Of a stretch of DNA of 64,000 nt, positions 9,457 to 19,267 are shown in pieces. The DNA is from Candidatus Pampinifervens sinense. Its GTDB lineage: Bacteria > Aquificota > Aquificia > Aquificales > Aquificaceae. The notes under the pieces were generated by a model, which was not told where the DNA came from, made no database searches, and was given only the letters and a program-made list of their open reading frames with translations. The stretch covers positions 64,001 to 128,000 of the forward strand of contig JAXSPP010000002.1 of NCBI GenBank assembly GCA_037927135.1, in the 5' to 3' direction. Both the position numbers and the translations under genes were made by a program. Within the stretch, counting starts at the first letter, position 1; each line of letters begins with the position of its first letter.

Positions 9457-12306
9457 TTATGGCTTATATCTCAACACTGGAACCCACCTTTCCTTTATGT
9501 AATCCAATGGCTTTACTTCAAACTGTGGATAGGTTTGTGGTGTTTGATCTTCTGCTTTGTACACCTTCACCTTTGTATCAAACCATGCCAAGTGTCCTGT
9601 AATAGGGTCGCCGTAGTATATCTCCCTTCCACCTATCTTTATACTATGGGGTATCACATGGTTCAAAAGGAAGCCTTCATTACCCTCTTCCGCCTCTGGC
9701 TTTAGACCCCATGCACCCTTCATCTTCCCTATAGCGTTCCATGTCCATACAGAGTTAGGCTCTGTGGTCTCTGTCAAAAATACCTGACATTTCACCTTTC
9801 CAACCCTTGACTCTACCCAAACCCAATCCAGGTGCTTTATGCCAAGTTTTTCTGCCGTCTTTGGATTCATGTAAAGGTAATTCCTTGTGGATATCTGCCT
9901 TAGCCATGCGTTCTGGGAGTCCCAGGAGTGATACATCCATTGAGGCCTTTGGGTAAAGGCGTAAAGGGGATATTCGTCGCCAGACACCTCTTCCTCAAAG
10001 GGTGGATACCAGAAGGGCAGAGGGTCAAAGTACTTTATGAGCCTTTCCCTCAGTATGGGGTCGTTGGGTGGCTGGTTCTTGCCTTCCCATAGGCCTTGGC
10101 CTGCAAGCCTAAAGGTCTGCAACGTCTCAAGGTAGAAGTTAAAGATTATGGGGGCCACCTTCTTCAAAAAGCCTGCGCTTACTGCCCACTCTTGGTAGTC
10201 TTTATTGACATGCCTGTAGTATCTCATGTTTTCAGGAAGCTTGTAGTAGAAAAAGCCCTTGTTCTTTATGTACATCTCCAGCTGGTTAGGATTGGGTTCT
10301 CCTACAAAGTGTTTGTCTCCGTTTTTACCACGCCATCCTGCCAGAGCTCCCACACCAGGCCTTATCTGCCAGTTTATAAGAAAGTCCTTAAAGTCCTTGT
10401 ACTTTCTTGAACCATCTGGATTTACAAAGCCTGGAAGCTTAAGCCTTGATCCGAGCTCTACCATTATATCTCCCCAACCTTTTACATCGTAGCCATTTTC
10501 TTGTGGGTTTACAATGGGATGCCTCAGAGCGTCCACAGGGCCATCCACAGAGGATGGTGGCCTGTCAAGCAAGGAGAGGGCAAACCACTGCTCAAGGTAT
10601 GTGGCATCGGGCAAAACAAGGTCGGAATAAGCTACTTGCTCACTGTAAAAGGCATCTATAGTTATGACCTTTGGGATTATGTAGTTGCCCGCTGGGTCTG
10701 TAGCAGTAAGGGCCTCTATTATGTATGGTATGTTCTGGGAGGAGTTCCAGGCCATATTGGCCATATAGATCATTAACACCTCTATACCGTAGGGGTTCTT
10801 CCGGTAGGCGGAAGGTATAACGTTTTGAATACAGCCGTGGGCTGCCAATGGGAACCACCAGCTGTAAGCATGATCTATCCTTATTGGATTGCCCTTTTCA
10901 TCCACCAAAAGGTCGTCAGGGTTTTGAGGATAGCCAAGGTGTGGCCCAGGATAAACCTCTCCATACTTTATCTCATCAGGCCTTGATATCTTATAGGGCT
11001 TTGGAAGATCCTCAATATGCTTTGGATAGGGTGGCTTGTTTAAAAAGCCTCCTGGCACATCTACCACTCCCAGCATCATCATAAGGAGGAAGATGGCCCT
11101 AGCTGTCTGAAAGCCGTTGCTATGGGAGGCCACACCTCTCATCACATGGAAGGACACAGGCCTTCCTATAACCTTTTTATGCTTTCTTCCCCAAACATCT
11201 ACCCACTCTATGGGAAGCTCTATAGGATGATAAAGAGCTATAGTTCCTATCTCCTTGGCTATTCTCTCTATGTCCTTGGCAGGTATACCGGTGATCTTTT
11301 CCACCTTTTCTGGGCTGTAATCCTTTACAAGCCTTTCTGCAAAGATGTCAAAGGCAGGCCTCACCTTATAACCCTCTGGCGTGGTAAACTCACCTATAAA
11401 GGCAGGGTCTAAGTCCTCCGGCACTATCCTGTCCGCAGGCTTGAAAGACTGAGACTTTTTGTCAAAGACCATAGGCTTTCCTTCTTCATTTCTGTAGAAG
11501 AGCCCATCCTTCGGTGTGCCAGGGGCTTGTATGACAAGCCAAGGTGCATTGGTAAACTCCTTGAGAAACTCCCAGTTTACCAGGTTGTACTTAAAGAGCA
11601 CGTGCATAATGCCCATGAAGAAGGCACCATCTGTGCCAGGCTTTATAGGCACCCACTCGTCCGCTATAGCCCCATAGCCCCACCTTACAGGGTTTACCAC
11701 CACAAACTTTCCACCCTTCCTTTTCATCTCCTGAATGCCAAGCTTGAAGGGATTGGAAGAGTGGTCTTCGGCTACGCCTATTAGCATAAAATACTTGGTG
11801 TTTTCAAAGTCCGCCTCTCCAAACTCCCAGAAGGAGCCACCAATAGAGTATAGACCAGCTGCCGCAATGTTAACAGAACAAAAACCACCATGAGCTGCCC
11901 AGTTTACCGTGCCAAGTTGGGAAGCAAACCAGCTGTTTATCTGTTGCATCTGATCTCTTCCTGTGAAAAAGGCTATCTTGTAAGGTCCCTTCTTTCTGGC
12001 TTCTTCTAGCCACTGGGTGGCTATCTCAAGCGCCTCCTCCCACTCTATCTCCTTGAACTGTCCAGAGCCTCTTGGCCCAACTCTCAAGAGTGGCTTTCTT
12101 AGCCTTGCAGGGCTGTACTCCTTCATTATGCCAGAGGATCCCTTAGCGCAGAGAACACCCCTGTTGGTAGGATGGTCATCGTTTCCCTTAATGTATACAA
12201 CCTTGTTATTCCTCACATAGACCTCTATTCCACACCTGCAGGCACACATATAACATGTGCTATAGGCCTTCCTATCGTAAAAGCTTCCACCTATCTCCAT
12301 AGCCAA
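9457..12306 (-). CDS. soeA: Molybdopterin oxidoreductase catalytic subunit, SoeA-like cytoplasmic sulfite dehydrogenase
   Basis: TCYMCACRCG Fe-S motif, FFTGRDQ, AAHGGFCSVN (Cys Mo ligand), MYHSWDSQNAWLRQI; no twin-arginine leader. Confidence 0.82.
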   Translation of the reverse strand: MAMEIGGSFYDRKAYSTCYMCACRCGIEVYVRNNKVVYIKGNDDHPTNRGVLCAKGSSGIMKEYSPARLRKPLLRVGPRGSGQFKEIEWEEALEIATQWLEEARKKGPYKIAFFTGRDQMQQINSWFASQLGTVNWAAHGGFCSVNIAAAGLYSIGGSFWEFGEADFENTKYFMLIGVAEDHSSNPFKLGIQEMKRKGGKFVVVNPVRWGYGAIADEWVPIKPGTDGAFFMGIMHVLFKYNLVNWEFLKEFTNAPWLVIQAPGTPKDGLFYRNEEGKPMVFDKKSQSFKPADRIVPEDLDPAFIGEFTTPEGYKVRPAFDIFAERLVKDYSPEKVEKITGIPAKDIERIAKEIGTIALYHPIELPIEWVDVWGRKHKKVIGRPVSFHVMRGVASHSNGFQTARAIFLLMMMLGVVDVPGGFLNKPPYPKHIEDLPKPYKISRPDEIKYGEVYPGPHLGYPQNPDDLLVDEKGNPIRIDHAYSWWFPLAAHGCIQNVIPSAYRKNPYGIEVLMIYMANMAWNSSQNIPYIIEALTATDPAGNYIIPKVITIDAFYSEQVAYSDLVLPDATYLEQWFALSLLDRPPSSVDGPVDALRHPIVNPQENGYDVKGWGDIMVELGSRLKLPGFVNPDGSRKYKDFKDFLINWQIRPGVGALAGWRGKNGDKHFVGEPNPNQLEMYIKNKGFFYYKLPENMRYYRHVNKDYQEWAVSAGFLKKVAPIIFNFYLETLQTFRLAGQGLWEGKNQPPNDPILRERLIKYFDPLPFWYPPFEEEVSGDEYPLYAFTQRPQWMYHSWDSQNAWLRQISTRNYLYMNPKTAEKLGIKHLDWVWVESRVGKVKCQVFLTETTEPNSVWTWNAIGKMKGAWGLKPEAEEGNEGFLLNHVIPHSIKIGGREIYYGDPITGHLAWFDTKVKVYKAEDQTPQTYPQFEVKPLDYIKERWVPVLRYKP

Positions 12307-12391
12307 CCTCCTGTGATTATTAAATTATGCCCTCACCTCTCTCCTCTTACTTTCAACTTTTTTATGTCATTATAAACAAAACTTATAGATT

Positions 12392-12994
12392 TTATAAAGC
12401 CCTCTTATGACTATAGCTCACACCCTTGGCTATCCTAAGGAAGTTTTCCAAAAGCCTTAGCCCCTCTTCAGAAAGTATGGACTCTGGATGAAACTGCACT
12501 CCAAAGACAGGATACTCCACATGCTCCACACCCATAATTTCCCCATCTTCAGACCATGCTGTTATCTTCAAAACCTCTGGCAAGCTTTCCCTATCTATCA
12601 CCAAGGAATGATACCTTACGGCCATAAAGGGATTTTTAAGCCCTTCAAAGATACCCTCGCCAGTGTGGGATATCTGAGAAGTCTTCCCATGCATAAGCCT
12701 TTTTGCTCTCACTATCTTGGCTCCAAAGGCATAGCCTATAGACTGGTGGCCAAGGCACACACCCAGTATGGGTATCTCTCTGTAAAACCTCTTTATAACA
12801 TCTACCGATATGCCAGCCTCCTTTGGTGTGCAAGGCCCGGGAGATATGACTATGGCATCTGGTTTTGCTCTTTCTATGTCCTCAAGGCTTATCTCATCAT
12901 TCCTGCGAACGGCCACCTCTGCGGAAAGCATCTGAAGATAATGCACAAGGTTGTAAGTGAAAGAATCGTAGTTATCTATCATCAAAACTCTCAT
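12392..12994 (-). CDS. trpG: Anthranilate/aminodeoxychorismate synthase glutamine amidotransferase subunit (TrpG/PabA)
   Basis: [31 protein letters not shown]. Confidence 0.9.
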   Translation of the reverse strand: MRVLMIDNYDSFTYNLVHYLQMLSAEVAVRRNDEISLEDIERAKPDAIVISPGPCTPKEAGISVDVIKRFYREIPILGVCLGHQSIGYAFGAKIVRAKRLMHGKTSQISHTGEGIFEGLKNPFMAVRYHSLVIDRESLPEVLKITAWSEDGEIMGVEHVEYPVFGVQFHPESILSEEGLRLLENFLRIAKGVSYSHKRAL

Positions 12995-13016
12995 AGGGAT
13001 TAAAATATAACTTTCA

Positions 13017-13985
13017 ATGGTGTATAGGTCAATCTTCTATGGCTTGATATTGACCGTTTTACTGGTGCTAGGTTCCATACTCTACATTGTGAAAAAAACC
13101 TTCAATAAAGACCTTCTGGGAATACTTTTTCATGCGGACAAGAGATATCTACTGATGTCATTTTTCTGTATGCTTTTATACCATACCTTTGATAATCTCA
13201 GGCTTTTTGTGCTTTCTAGAGCCATGAATTTAAGATACTCCTTCCTTTACGGCTATGTAATTTCTTTCATAAACACCTTTGGCGCTACCATAACTCCAGC
13301 CCATATGGGTGGAGAATTCATGTCCATATACACCCTTTCCAGAAAAGGTGGAAAGCTTCATAAAGTGATGAGCATAGTTACCATGAAGACATTGACAGGT
13401 TTGATTTTCTTCATCATAGCCCTTCCATACGTTATGATGTACTTCTACAAACATCCCAAGCAATCTTTAAAGATTCTAGGCTTATTGCTGTTCTTTCTTA
13501 TACTCTTTTCCTTCATATACTCCATCCTAAAGATACTTTCAAAAAGAAGTCTTGAGGGAAATCAAAAGATTATCCAAAAAATAAAATACACCTTCAAAAG
13601 GTACATTGTGGTATCAAGGATATTCTTAAGGGATAAAAAACTAAGCATACTTTTAGCATCCATAAGTAGTATCCTTCTCTACCTTTCCTTTTTATCCTCC
13701 GGTGCCTTCTTGGTCAAAAGCTTCAGTCCAGAACACAATTTTTTCACCTTAATAGAACACCAAATTATGCTACTTTATGCCATATTCATAAGTCCTACAC
13801 CGGGTGGTAGCGGGGTAGGAGAAGTGGGTGCCTTGTATGTCTTTGATGCCTTTCTTGAGATGAGCTTGCTTGGTGGCTTTTCCATACTTTGGAGGTTTAT
13901 AACCCAGTATATGAGTGCCCTTTTAGGGGGTATGTTCCTGCTTTTCCTTATTATAAAAGACTCAAGAAGATTGATCCATGTTTGA
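13017..13985 (+). CDS. Lysylphosphatidylglycerol-synthase TM / flippase-like (UPF0104) membrane protein
   Basis: Multi-[27 protein letters not shown] motifs. Confidence 0.85.
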   Translation: MVYRSIFYGLILTVLLVLGSILYIVKKTFNKDLLGILFHADKRYLLMSFFCMLLYHTFDNLRLFVLSRAMNLRYSFLYGYVISFINTFGATITPAHMGGEFMSIYTLSRKGGKLHKVMSIVTMKTLTGLIFFIIALPYVMMYFYKHPKQSLKILGLLLFFLILFSFIYSILKILSKRSLEGNQKIIQKIKYTFKRYIVVSRIFLRDKKLSILLASISSILLYLSFLSSGAFLVKSFSPEHNFFTLIEHQIMLLYAIFISPTPGGSGVGEVGALYVFDAFLEMSLLGGFSILWRFITQYMSALLGGMFLLFLIIKDSRRLIHV

Positions 13986-14913
13986 CCTAATAAACCCTTA
14001 TGCCTATGGGGTAAGAATAAGAAACTGGCTTTATGACAAAAACTTCATAAAACCGTGTAAGCTTCCTGTGCCTGTTTTGTCTGTTGGCAATCTTTCCCTT
14101 GGTGGTTCTGGCAAAAGTTCATTGGTAAGATACATGGGAGAGCTTTTAAAAGACCTTCATGTATGCATACTCTCAAGGGGCTATGGAAGAAGGACAAGGG
14201 GGACCCTTTTGGTATCCGAAAGGGGAAGGCTTTTAGTAAGCTGGGAAGAGGCTGGGGATGAGCCTTATATGTTGGCAAAGTTTTTGCCTTGGGCGAGCGT
14301 GGTGGTGGACGAGAGCCGATGCAGGGGAGCCTTCTTTGCCCTTGAAAGGCTAAAGCCAGACCTGTTTATACTTGACGACGGCTTTCAACACAGGAGAATA
14401 CATAGAGACTTAAATATATTGCTTCTCAAAAAAAAGGACCTCTCAGACAGGCTTTTTCCCTTTGGAAGGCTAAGGGAGCCTTTAAGTGGTATGGAAAGGG
14501 CTGACGTAATAGTGTTGTCTTATGCAGATATTGAAGATTTTGACTGGAGGCATCCTACAAAGCCTACCTTTAAGATGGTAAGGGAAAACTGGAGAGTGGT
14601 AAGGAGTTTGGACGGAAAAGTCTTTGAAAATTTTGAGGGAATAAACTTTGTAGCCTTTGCTGGGCTTGGAGACAATAGCCAGTTTTTCAAAAGCCTTGAA
14701 AGGCTTGGAATAAAAACAAAAGAAAAGATTAGCCTTCCAGACCACTACTCTTACAAAGATTTTAAGTTAAAAGAGGATGAATTTTACATAACCACTTTAA
14801 AGGATGCCATAAAGCTAAAGCCTTCAGAAAACCTTTTTTACCTTGATTTTGATGTAAAGGTGGATGGTTTGGAAGAAATACTTCATGTAATCTTCACGAA
14901 AGGCTATTTATAG
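13978..14913 (+). CDS. lpxK: Tetraacyldisaccharide 4'-kinase
   Basis: SVGNLSLGGSGKS, LSRGYG, GDEP, LDDGFQH, PFGRLRE. Confidence 0.95.
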   Translation: MFDLINPYAYGVRIRNWLYDKNFIKPCKLPVPVLSVGNLSLGGSGKSSLVRYMGELLKDLHVCILSRGYGRRTRGTLLVSERGRLLVSWEEAGDEPYMLAKFLPWASVVVDESRCRGAFFALERLKPDLFILDDGFQHRRIHRDLNILLLKKKDLSDRLFPFGRLREPLSGMERADVIVLSYADIEDFDWRHPTKPTFKMVRENWRVVRSLDGKVFENFEGINFVAFAGLGDNSQFFKSLERLGIKTKEKISLPDHYSYKDFKLKEDEFYITTLKDAIKLKPSENLFYLDFDVKVDGLEEILHVIFTKGYL

Positions 14914-14919
14914 CTAAGT

Positions 14920-14952
14920 TATAATACACTCTTATGAGTACTTCTATGGAGG
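14920..14952 (+). promoter_or_regulatory. Putative -10 box and RBS of the pel operon
   Basis: TATAAT at 14920-14925 and GGAGG at 14948-14952 before the pelC ATG; no clear -35. Confidence 0.45.
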
Positions 14953-14959
14953 TTTACCA

Positions 14960-15451
14960 ATGAATAAGGTTAAAATTCTTACATACCTACTTTTTATCTT
15001 TTTGGTATCTTGTTCTAGCGTGGTAAGTACCAAAAGGGTTGATATGCCTAAGGATGCCTCTTACGTAGTTTTGCCCTTTGAGAACAACACAGAAACTCCT
15101 TTAGCAGGTCTTAGGGTGGCATCAATAGCCGAAGGTGTAGCCCTCTCTAAAGGCTACAAGGTGCTATCAAGAGTATACAGAGAAACAAAGGAGTATACTC
15201 ACACAGACATAGAAAATATGATAAGGGAACTTAAGGAAAGGGGTGATGTGGATTATGTAATAACGGGTAGCGTTAATGAGTTTAGGTATAAGACGGGGAT
15301 AGATGGGGAACCTGCAGTAAGCATAACGTTAAAGATATACAGCCTAAGGGAAGATAGGGTTGTTTTGATAAACACCGGTTCAAGGACAGGCTGGGCTCAT
15401 GAATCGGTCTCCACAGTAGCACAAAAATTGCTTATGGTCCTCTTTCCATAG
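14960..15451 (+). CDS. pelC: Pel outer-membrane lipoprotein PelC
   Basis: Lipobox LVSC; FENNTETPLAG, GSVNEFRYKTGIDGEPAV, TGWAHES. Confidence 0.88.
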   Translation: MNKVKILTYLLFIFLVSCSSVVSTKRVDMPKDASYVVLPFENNTETPLAGLRVASIAEGVALSKGYKVLSRVYRETKEYTHTDIENMIRELKERGDVDYVITGSVNEFRYKTGIDGEPAVSITLKIYSLREDRVVLINTGSRTGWAHESVSTVAQKLLMVLFP

Positions 15452-15455
15452 GGCT

Positions 15456-16775
15456 ATGCGAAAAAAGAAAAGCGTATTTAGAGGAGTATTCTTTGGCCAT
15501 TGGTATTTTCTTCCGGAAGGTATATCTACAAAGATCATTTTGGCCGAGATAATATTTGTAGTTTTTGGTATGTATTTCTTAGGTTTTTATCTAAACAAGG
15601 AGGACCCTCTTTTCCTTAACTCAAAGCTTAACTTTTTATACAACCTTTTACCCATAGCACTCATAACCTTGTTTTATGGTATATTTGCAGGGCTTGTTTA
15701 TTTTGCCTTGTTTACCAGCCTTGCATATTTTACATACAAAACCATAGACCATATATATTTTTTATCACTTTTCCTCTTCCTACTTGTCTTTTCCGAGTTC
15801 TGGTTTTACTGGAAAGGAAAACTAAAAGAGGCGGAGATAGAATACAACTACATAGCACAAAGATTAAAGGATTTGACCGCAAGCTTTGCTTTGCTTAAGC
15901 TTTCTCATGAGCAGTTGGAAAGGTCTTATATTACAAAGCCGATAAGCCTTAAGCAGATAATATTAAATATAAGGCACATTATAGCCAGAGAGGGAGATAT
16001 ATACATGGCCTTAAGGAAAGTCTTTGATTTAATTCTTGTAAATTATGACGTGGAAGAAGCTATCCTAATTGAAAAATATTCCAACGGCAGATATAAAGTT
16101 ATAGCTAATACAAGCAACATTAATGATGTGGACTTAGAAGACCCACTTATAAGGACGGCCATAGAGAACCAAAGAATAGCATACGTTTCGGACCTAAAAG
16201 AATCCGAGATAACAAAATACTTAGCTGTAATTCCTATAAACATAAACGATGAATTCTTCTATATTTTTGTCCTAAAAAGAATGCCTTTTATGAAGCTAAA
16301 CGTTGAAAATCTCATTACTATAAATCTACTACTTTATTACGTTGCCTTAGAGAGGCTTGAAGAGGCAATAGCCTTTCAGAGTAGCCTATTAAATAAGTTT
16401 GACATCAGCTTCTTGAAAGAGGTTTATAGGCTTATAAAGCTTAATAAAGAATTTGGAATAGAATCACATATAGTTTTATTCTGCCCAAAGGTTTACGAGT
16501 ATGAAAAGTTTGAAATTTTGGAGGATGTATTACAAGAAAACATAAGAGGTATAGACATGATGGAGGTGATTTATTTGGATGGAATGAAGGTCATTGCTGT
16601 GCTTTTGCCTTTCACAGATAGGTTCGGTGCGGAAATGTTTGTTAAAAGGATAGGTAGCTTAATAGTGGAAGAGTTGTCCTATGAGTTTTTAAAGGAAGAG
16701 CTATCAATTAGCATATACCATGTTAAACAGGTTGAAGATATAACCTTTTGCCATGGAACCAAGCAGGCTGTATAA
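15456..16775 (+). CDS. pelD: c-di-GMP receptor PelD (TMs, GAF, degenerate GGDEF)
   Basis: N-terminal TMs, LKLSHEQLE coiled stalk, RxxD I-site RGID, LLPFTD; operon position. Confidence 0.85.
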   Translation: MRKKKSVFRGVFFGHWYFLPEGISTKIILAEIIFVVFGMYFLGFYLNKEDPLFLNSKLNFLYNLLPIALITLFYGIFAGLVYFALFTSLAYFTYKTIDHIYFLSLFLFLLVFSEFWFYWKGKLKEAEIEYNYIAQRLKDLTASFALLKLSHEQLERSYITKPISLKQIILNIRHIIAREGDIYMALRKVFDLILVNYDVEEAILIEKYSNGRYKVIANTSNINDVDLEDPLIRTAIENQRIAYVSDLKESEITKYLAVIPININDEFFYIFVLKRMPFMKLNVENLITINLLLYYVALERLEEAIAFQSSLLNKFDISFLKEVYRLIKLNKEFGIESHIVLFCPKVYEYEKFEILEDVLQENIRGIDMMEVIYLDGMKVIAVLLPFTDRFGAEMFVKRIGSLIVEELSYEFLKEELSISIYHVKQVEDITFCHGTKQAV

Positions 16776-17766
16776 ATCCATTCTATTGGAACTTCTAAGC
16801 TTTGCACTTTTTATAAATTTAAACATATACACTTTAGTTCCATTCTTGACCTTACATGGCTTGGCCCTGTTTATTATTACAAGTTTCCTGACTTCCCTTA
16901 TACCGAAAAGGTTTAAAGACCGCAGAAAGGCTACTTTTGTATTCTTTATAATATTTTATCCCACTCTTTACTTAGGATACATCTTTCTGTTAGTAGCAGT
17001 ATTTTATCTACTTAGGAAGCAAAAAATAGATGTCTATCAGCCACCAAGAATACCCACCTTGGAAGAAATCATAACGGAAGATATAAAGTTTTCTGGAAGA
17101 AAGATAGGTGAAGCGGCCTTAGCTGTTATTCAAAGTCTTGAAAGTAAGATAAGTCCTTCAAGGCTTGAGACTATACTTTCCTACCTTCTCAACCTTGAGT
17201 CTTCTCAAATCATACCAGCTTTAAAGAAGGCCTTGGCCTATTCCGAAGACACCATCAGACTCTATGCCTTTGGTGCCATAAGCAGGATAGAAAAAAACCT
17301 TAACCAAACCTTACATGCTTTAAGAGAAAGGCTAAGTCAAGAAAGGCTACCGCCAGAGGAAAGGGCCTATCTCTACTATCAAATAGCCCTAATATACTAT
17401 ACCTTTGTACATTATAAGTTGGCAGATGCCGAGTTTAGAGAATACATGCTAAAAGAAGCCCTGGAGAACGTTAAAAAATCCTTAGAAATGAAAAACACGC
17501 CAGAGGCAAAACTTCTATTGGCCAAGATACACATAGAGATGAAGCAGTTTGATGAAGCCCTAATCCATCTGGAAAGTTTGATGGAGAGTAAGGAGTTAAA
17601 TCCTGTGAGCTACCTTATGCAACTTGCAGAAGTGTATTATGAAAGGGGGGATTATAAAATGGTAAAAAGGTTAATAAGGGAACACCCAGAAATAGAGCTT
17701 TTGCTTGATGTAGATACTAACTTTGTAATAAGGTTTTGGAGAGGGGAAAATGGTAATCTTGGATAA
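16753..17766 (+). CDS. pelE: PelE-like membrane protein with TPR/HEAT repeats
   Basis: N-terminal TMs, EDTIRLYAFG motif, C-terminal TPR; lies between pelD and pelF. Confidence 0.78.
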   Translation: MEPSRLYKSILLELLSFALFINLNIYTLVPFLTLHGLALFIITSFLTSLIPKRFKDRRKATFVFFIIFYPTLYLGYIFLLVAVFYLLRKQKIDVYQPPRIPTLEEIITEDIKFSGRKIGEAALAVIQSLESKISPSRLETILSYLLNLESSQIIPALKKALAYSEDTIRLYAFGAISRIEKNLNQTLHALRERLSQERLPPEERAYLYYQIALIYYTFVHYKLADAEFREYMLKEALENVKKSLEMKNTPEAKLLLAKIHIEMKQFDEALIHLESLMESKELNPVSYLMQLAEVYYERGDYKMVKRLIREHPEIELLLDVDTNFVIRFWRGENGNLG

Positions 17767-19267
17767 GAACGAACATGTGGATGTGCTTATCATAGCGGAA
17801 GGCACCTATCCATACATAAGGGGTGGTGTATCCTCTTGGATACATGACCTTATAAGCAATCTTCCCGAACTAAACTTTGGCGTTGTGTTTTTGGGTAGTA
17901 GAAGGGAAGATTATGGCGAGATAAAGTATAAGCTTCCGGAGAACCTTGTATATCTTATAACGGCCTATCTTTTTCAGGATGTAGAAAAGCCAAAAGCAAA
18001 AGAGATAGAGGGCAACAAGGAAGCCTTTGAAATTATAAGGAAGTTAATATACTGGTTTAAGCATAAAGGCACAGGAGATATTCCAGTGGATGTTTTAAAC
18101 GCAGATTTTTATGAAAAGGAAATAACCTATGAGGATTTTTTATATAGCAAAAGGTCGTGGGAGATAATAACGGAGTTCTACGCAGAGTATGCTATGGGAA
18201 GTCCTTTCATTGACTACTTTTGGACCATAAGGAACATGCACTATCCTCTGTGGGTGGTGGCAAGAGTGGTAAAAAAGATAGGGGATAGGTTTGATATAGT
18301 CCATAGCCCTTCCACAGGTTATGCAGGTTTTTTAGCTTCACTCCTAAAGGCCTATTACAAAAAACCCTTTATCCTAACAGAGCATGGCATATATGTAAAG
18401 GAAAGAAAGATAGACATACTTAATGCAGATTGGTTAAAGATTAAAGGCTTCCAGCTTACTAAAGGTGCTGAAGAAATAGAACATCTTCACAAGCTTTGGA
18501 TCAACTTTTTCTTTGGTCTAGGAAGACTAATATACCACAGTGCAGACAAGATCATATCCCTTTTTAACGAGGCAAGGAATATACAGATATCTTTGGGTGC
18601 AGACCCTCAAAGGTGTATTGTAATCCCCAACGGTGTGGATGTGAAGGCCCTATCCCCTATAATAGAAATGAGGGGTGATAAACCACCTAAGGTGATAGGC
18701 CTTATAGGCAGAGTTGTACCCATAAAGGATATAAAGACCTTTATAAAGGCTATGAAGATTACCGTTGAAAAGATGCCCGAAGTTCAGGGATGGATAGTGG
18801 GGCCTACGGACGAAGACCCAGAGTATTTTGAGGAGTGTAAAAACTTGGTGGAAGCCTTGGGCTTAGAAGATAAGGTCCTATTCTTAGGTTTTCAAAACGT
18901 AAAAGATATATTGCCAAAGATAGGGCTTTTAACTCTTACATCAATAAGCGAAGGTATGCCCTTGGTGGTCCTTGAAGGCTTTGCCGCAGGACTTCCCTGC
19001 GTGGCTACCGATGTGGGTTCCTGTAGGCAACTCATATATGGAGGCCTAAACGAGGAGGATATAGCCATAGGCAAGGCTGGAGAGGTGGTCCCTATTGCCA
19101 ACCCTGCCGAACTGGCAAGGGCTTATGTAAGGATCCTTGGCGATGAAGACCTATGGAGAGAATACCAAAAGAACGCCATAAGAAGGGTAAATACTTTTTA
19201 TACAAAGGAGCTTTTTCTGGAAAACTACAGAAGGATATACAGTGAGGCAAAGGGATGGCGGGTATAA
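17750..19267 (+). CDS. pelF: GT4 glycosyltransferase PelF
   Basis: EGTYPYIRGGVSSW, STGYAG, LTEHGIY, GRVVPIKD, SEGMPLVVLE. Confidence 0.95.
   Translation: MVILDKNEHVDVLIIAEGTYPYIRGGVSSWIHDLISNLPELNFGVVFLGSRREDYGEIKYKLPENLVYLITAYLFQDVEKPKAKEIEGNKEAFEIIRKLIYWFKHKGTGDIPVDVLNADFYEKEITYEDFLYSKRSWEIITEFYAEYAMGSPFIDYFWTIRNMHYPLWVVARVVKKIGDRFDIVHSPSTGYAGFLASLLKAYYKKPFILTEHGIYVKERKIDILNADWLKIKGFQLTKGAEEIEHLHKLWINFFFGLGRLIYHSADKIISLFNEARNIQISLGADPQRCIVIPNGVDVKALSPIIEMRGDKPPKVIGLIGRVVPIKDIKTFIKAMKITVEKMPEVQGWIVGPTDEDPEYFEECKNLVEALGLEDKVLFLGFQNVKDILPKIGLLTLTSISEGMPLVVLEGFAAGLPCVATDVGSCRQLIYGGLNEEDIAIGKAGEVVPIANPAELARAYVRILGDEDLWREYQKNAIRRVNTFYTKELFLENYRRIYSEAKGWRV

Noticed and set aside
8213-12375. Many short ORFs over soeAB and the nuclease
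   Set aside because: Antisense or alternate-frame shadows without motifs; the same holds for similar ORFs over nrdD, pel, glgB, uvrA, pyrG, pycB and glyA
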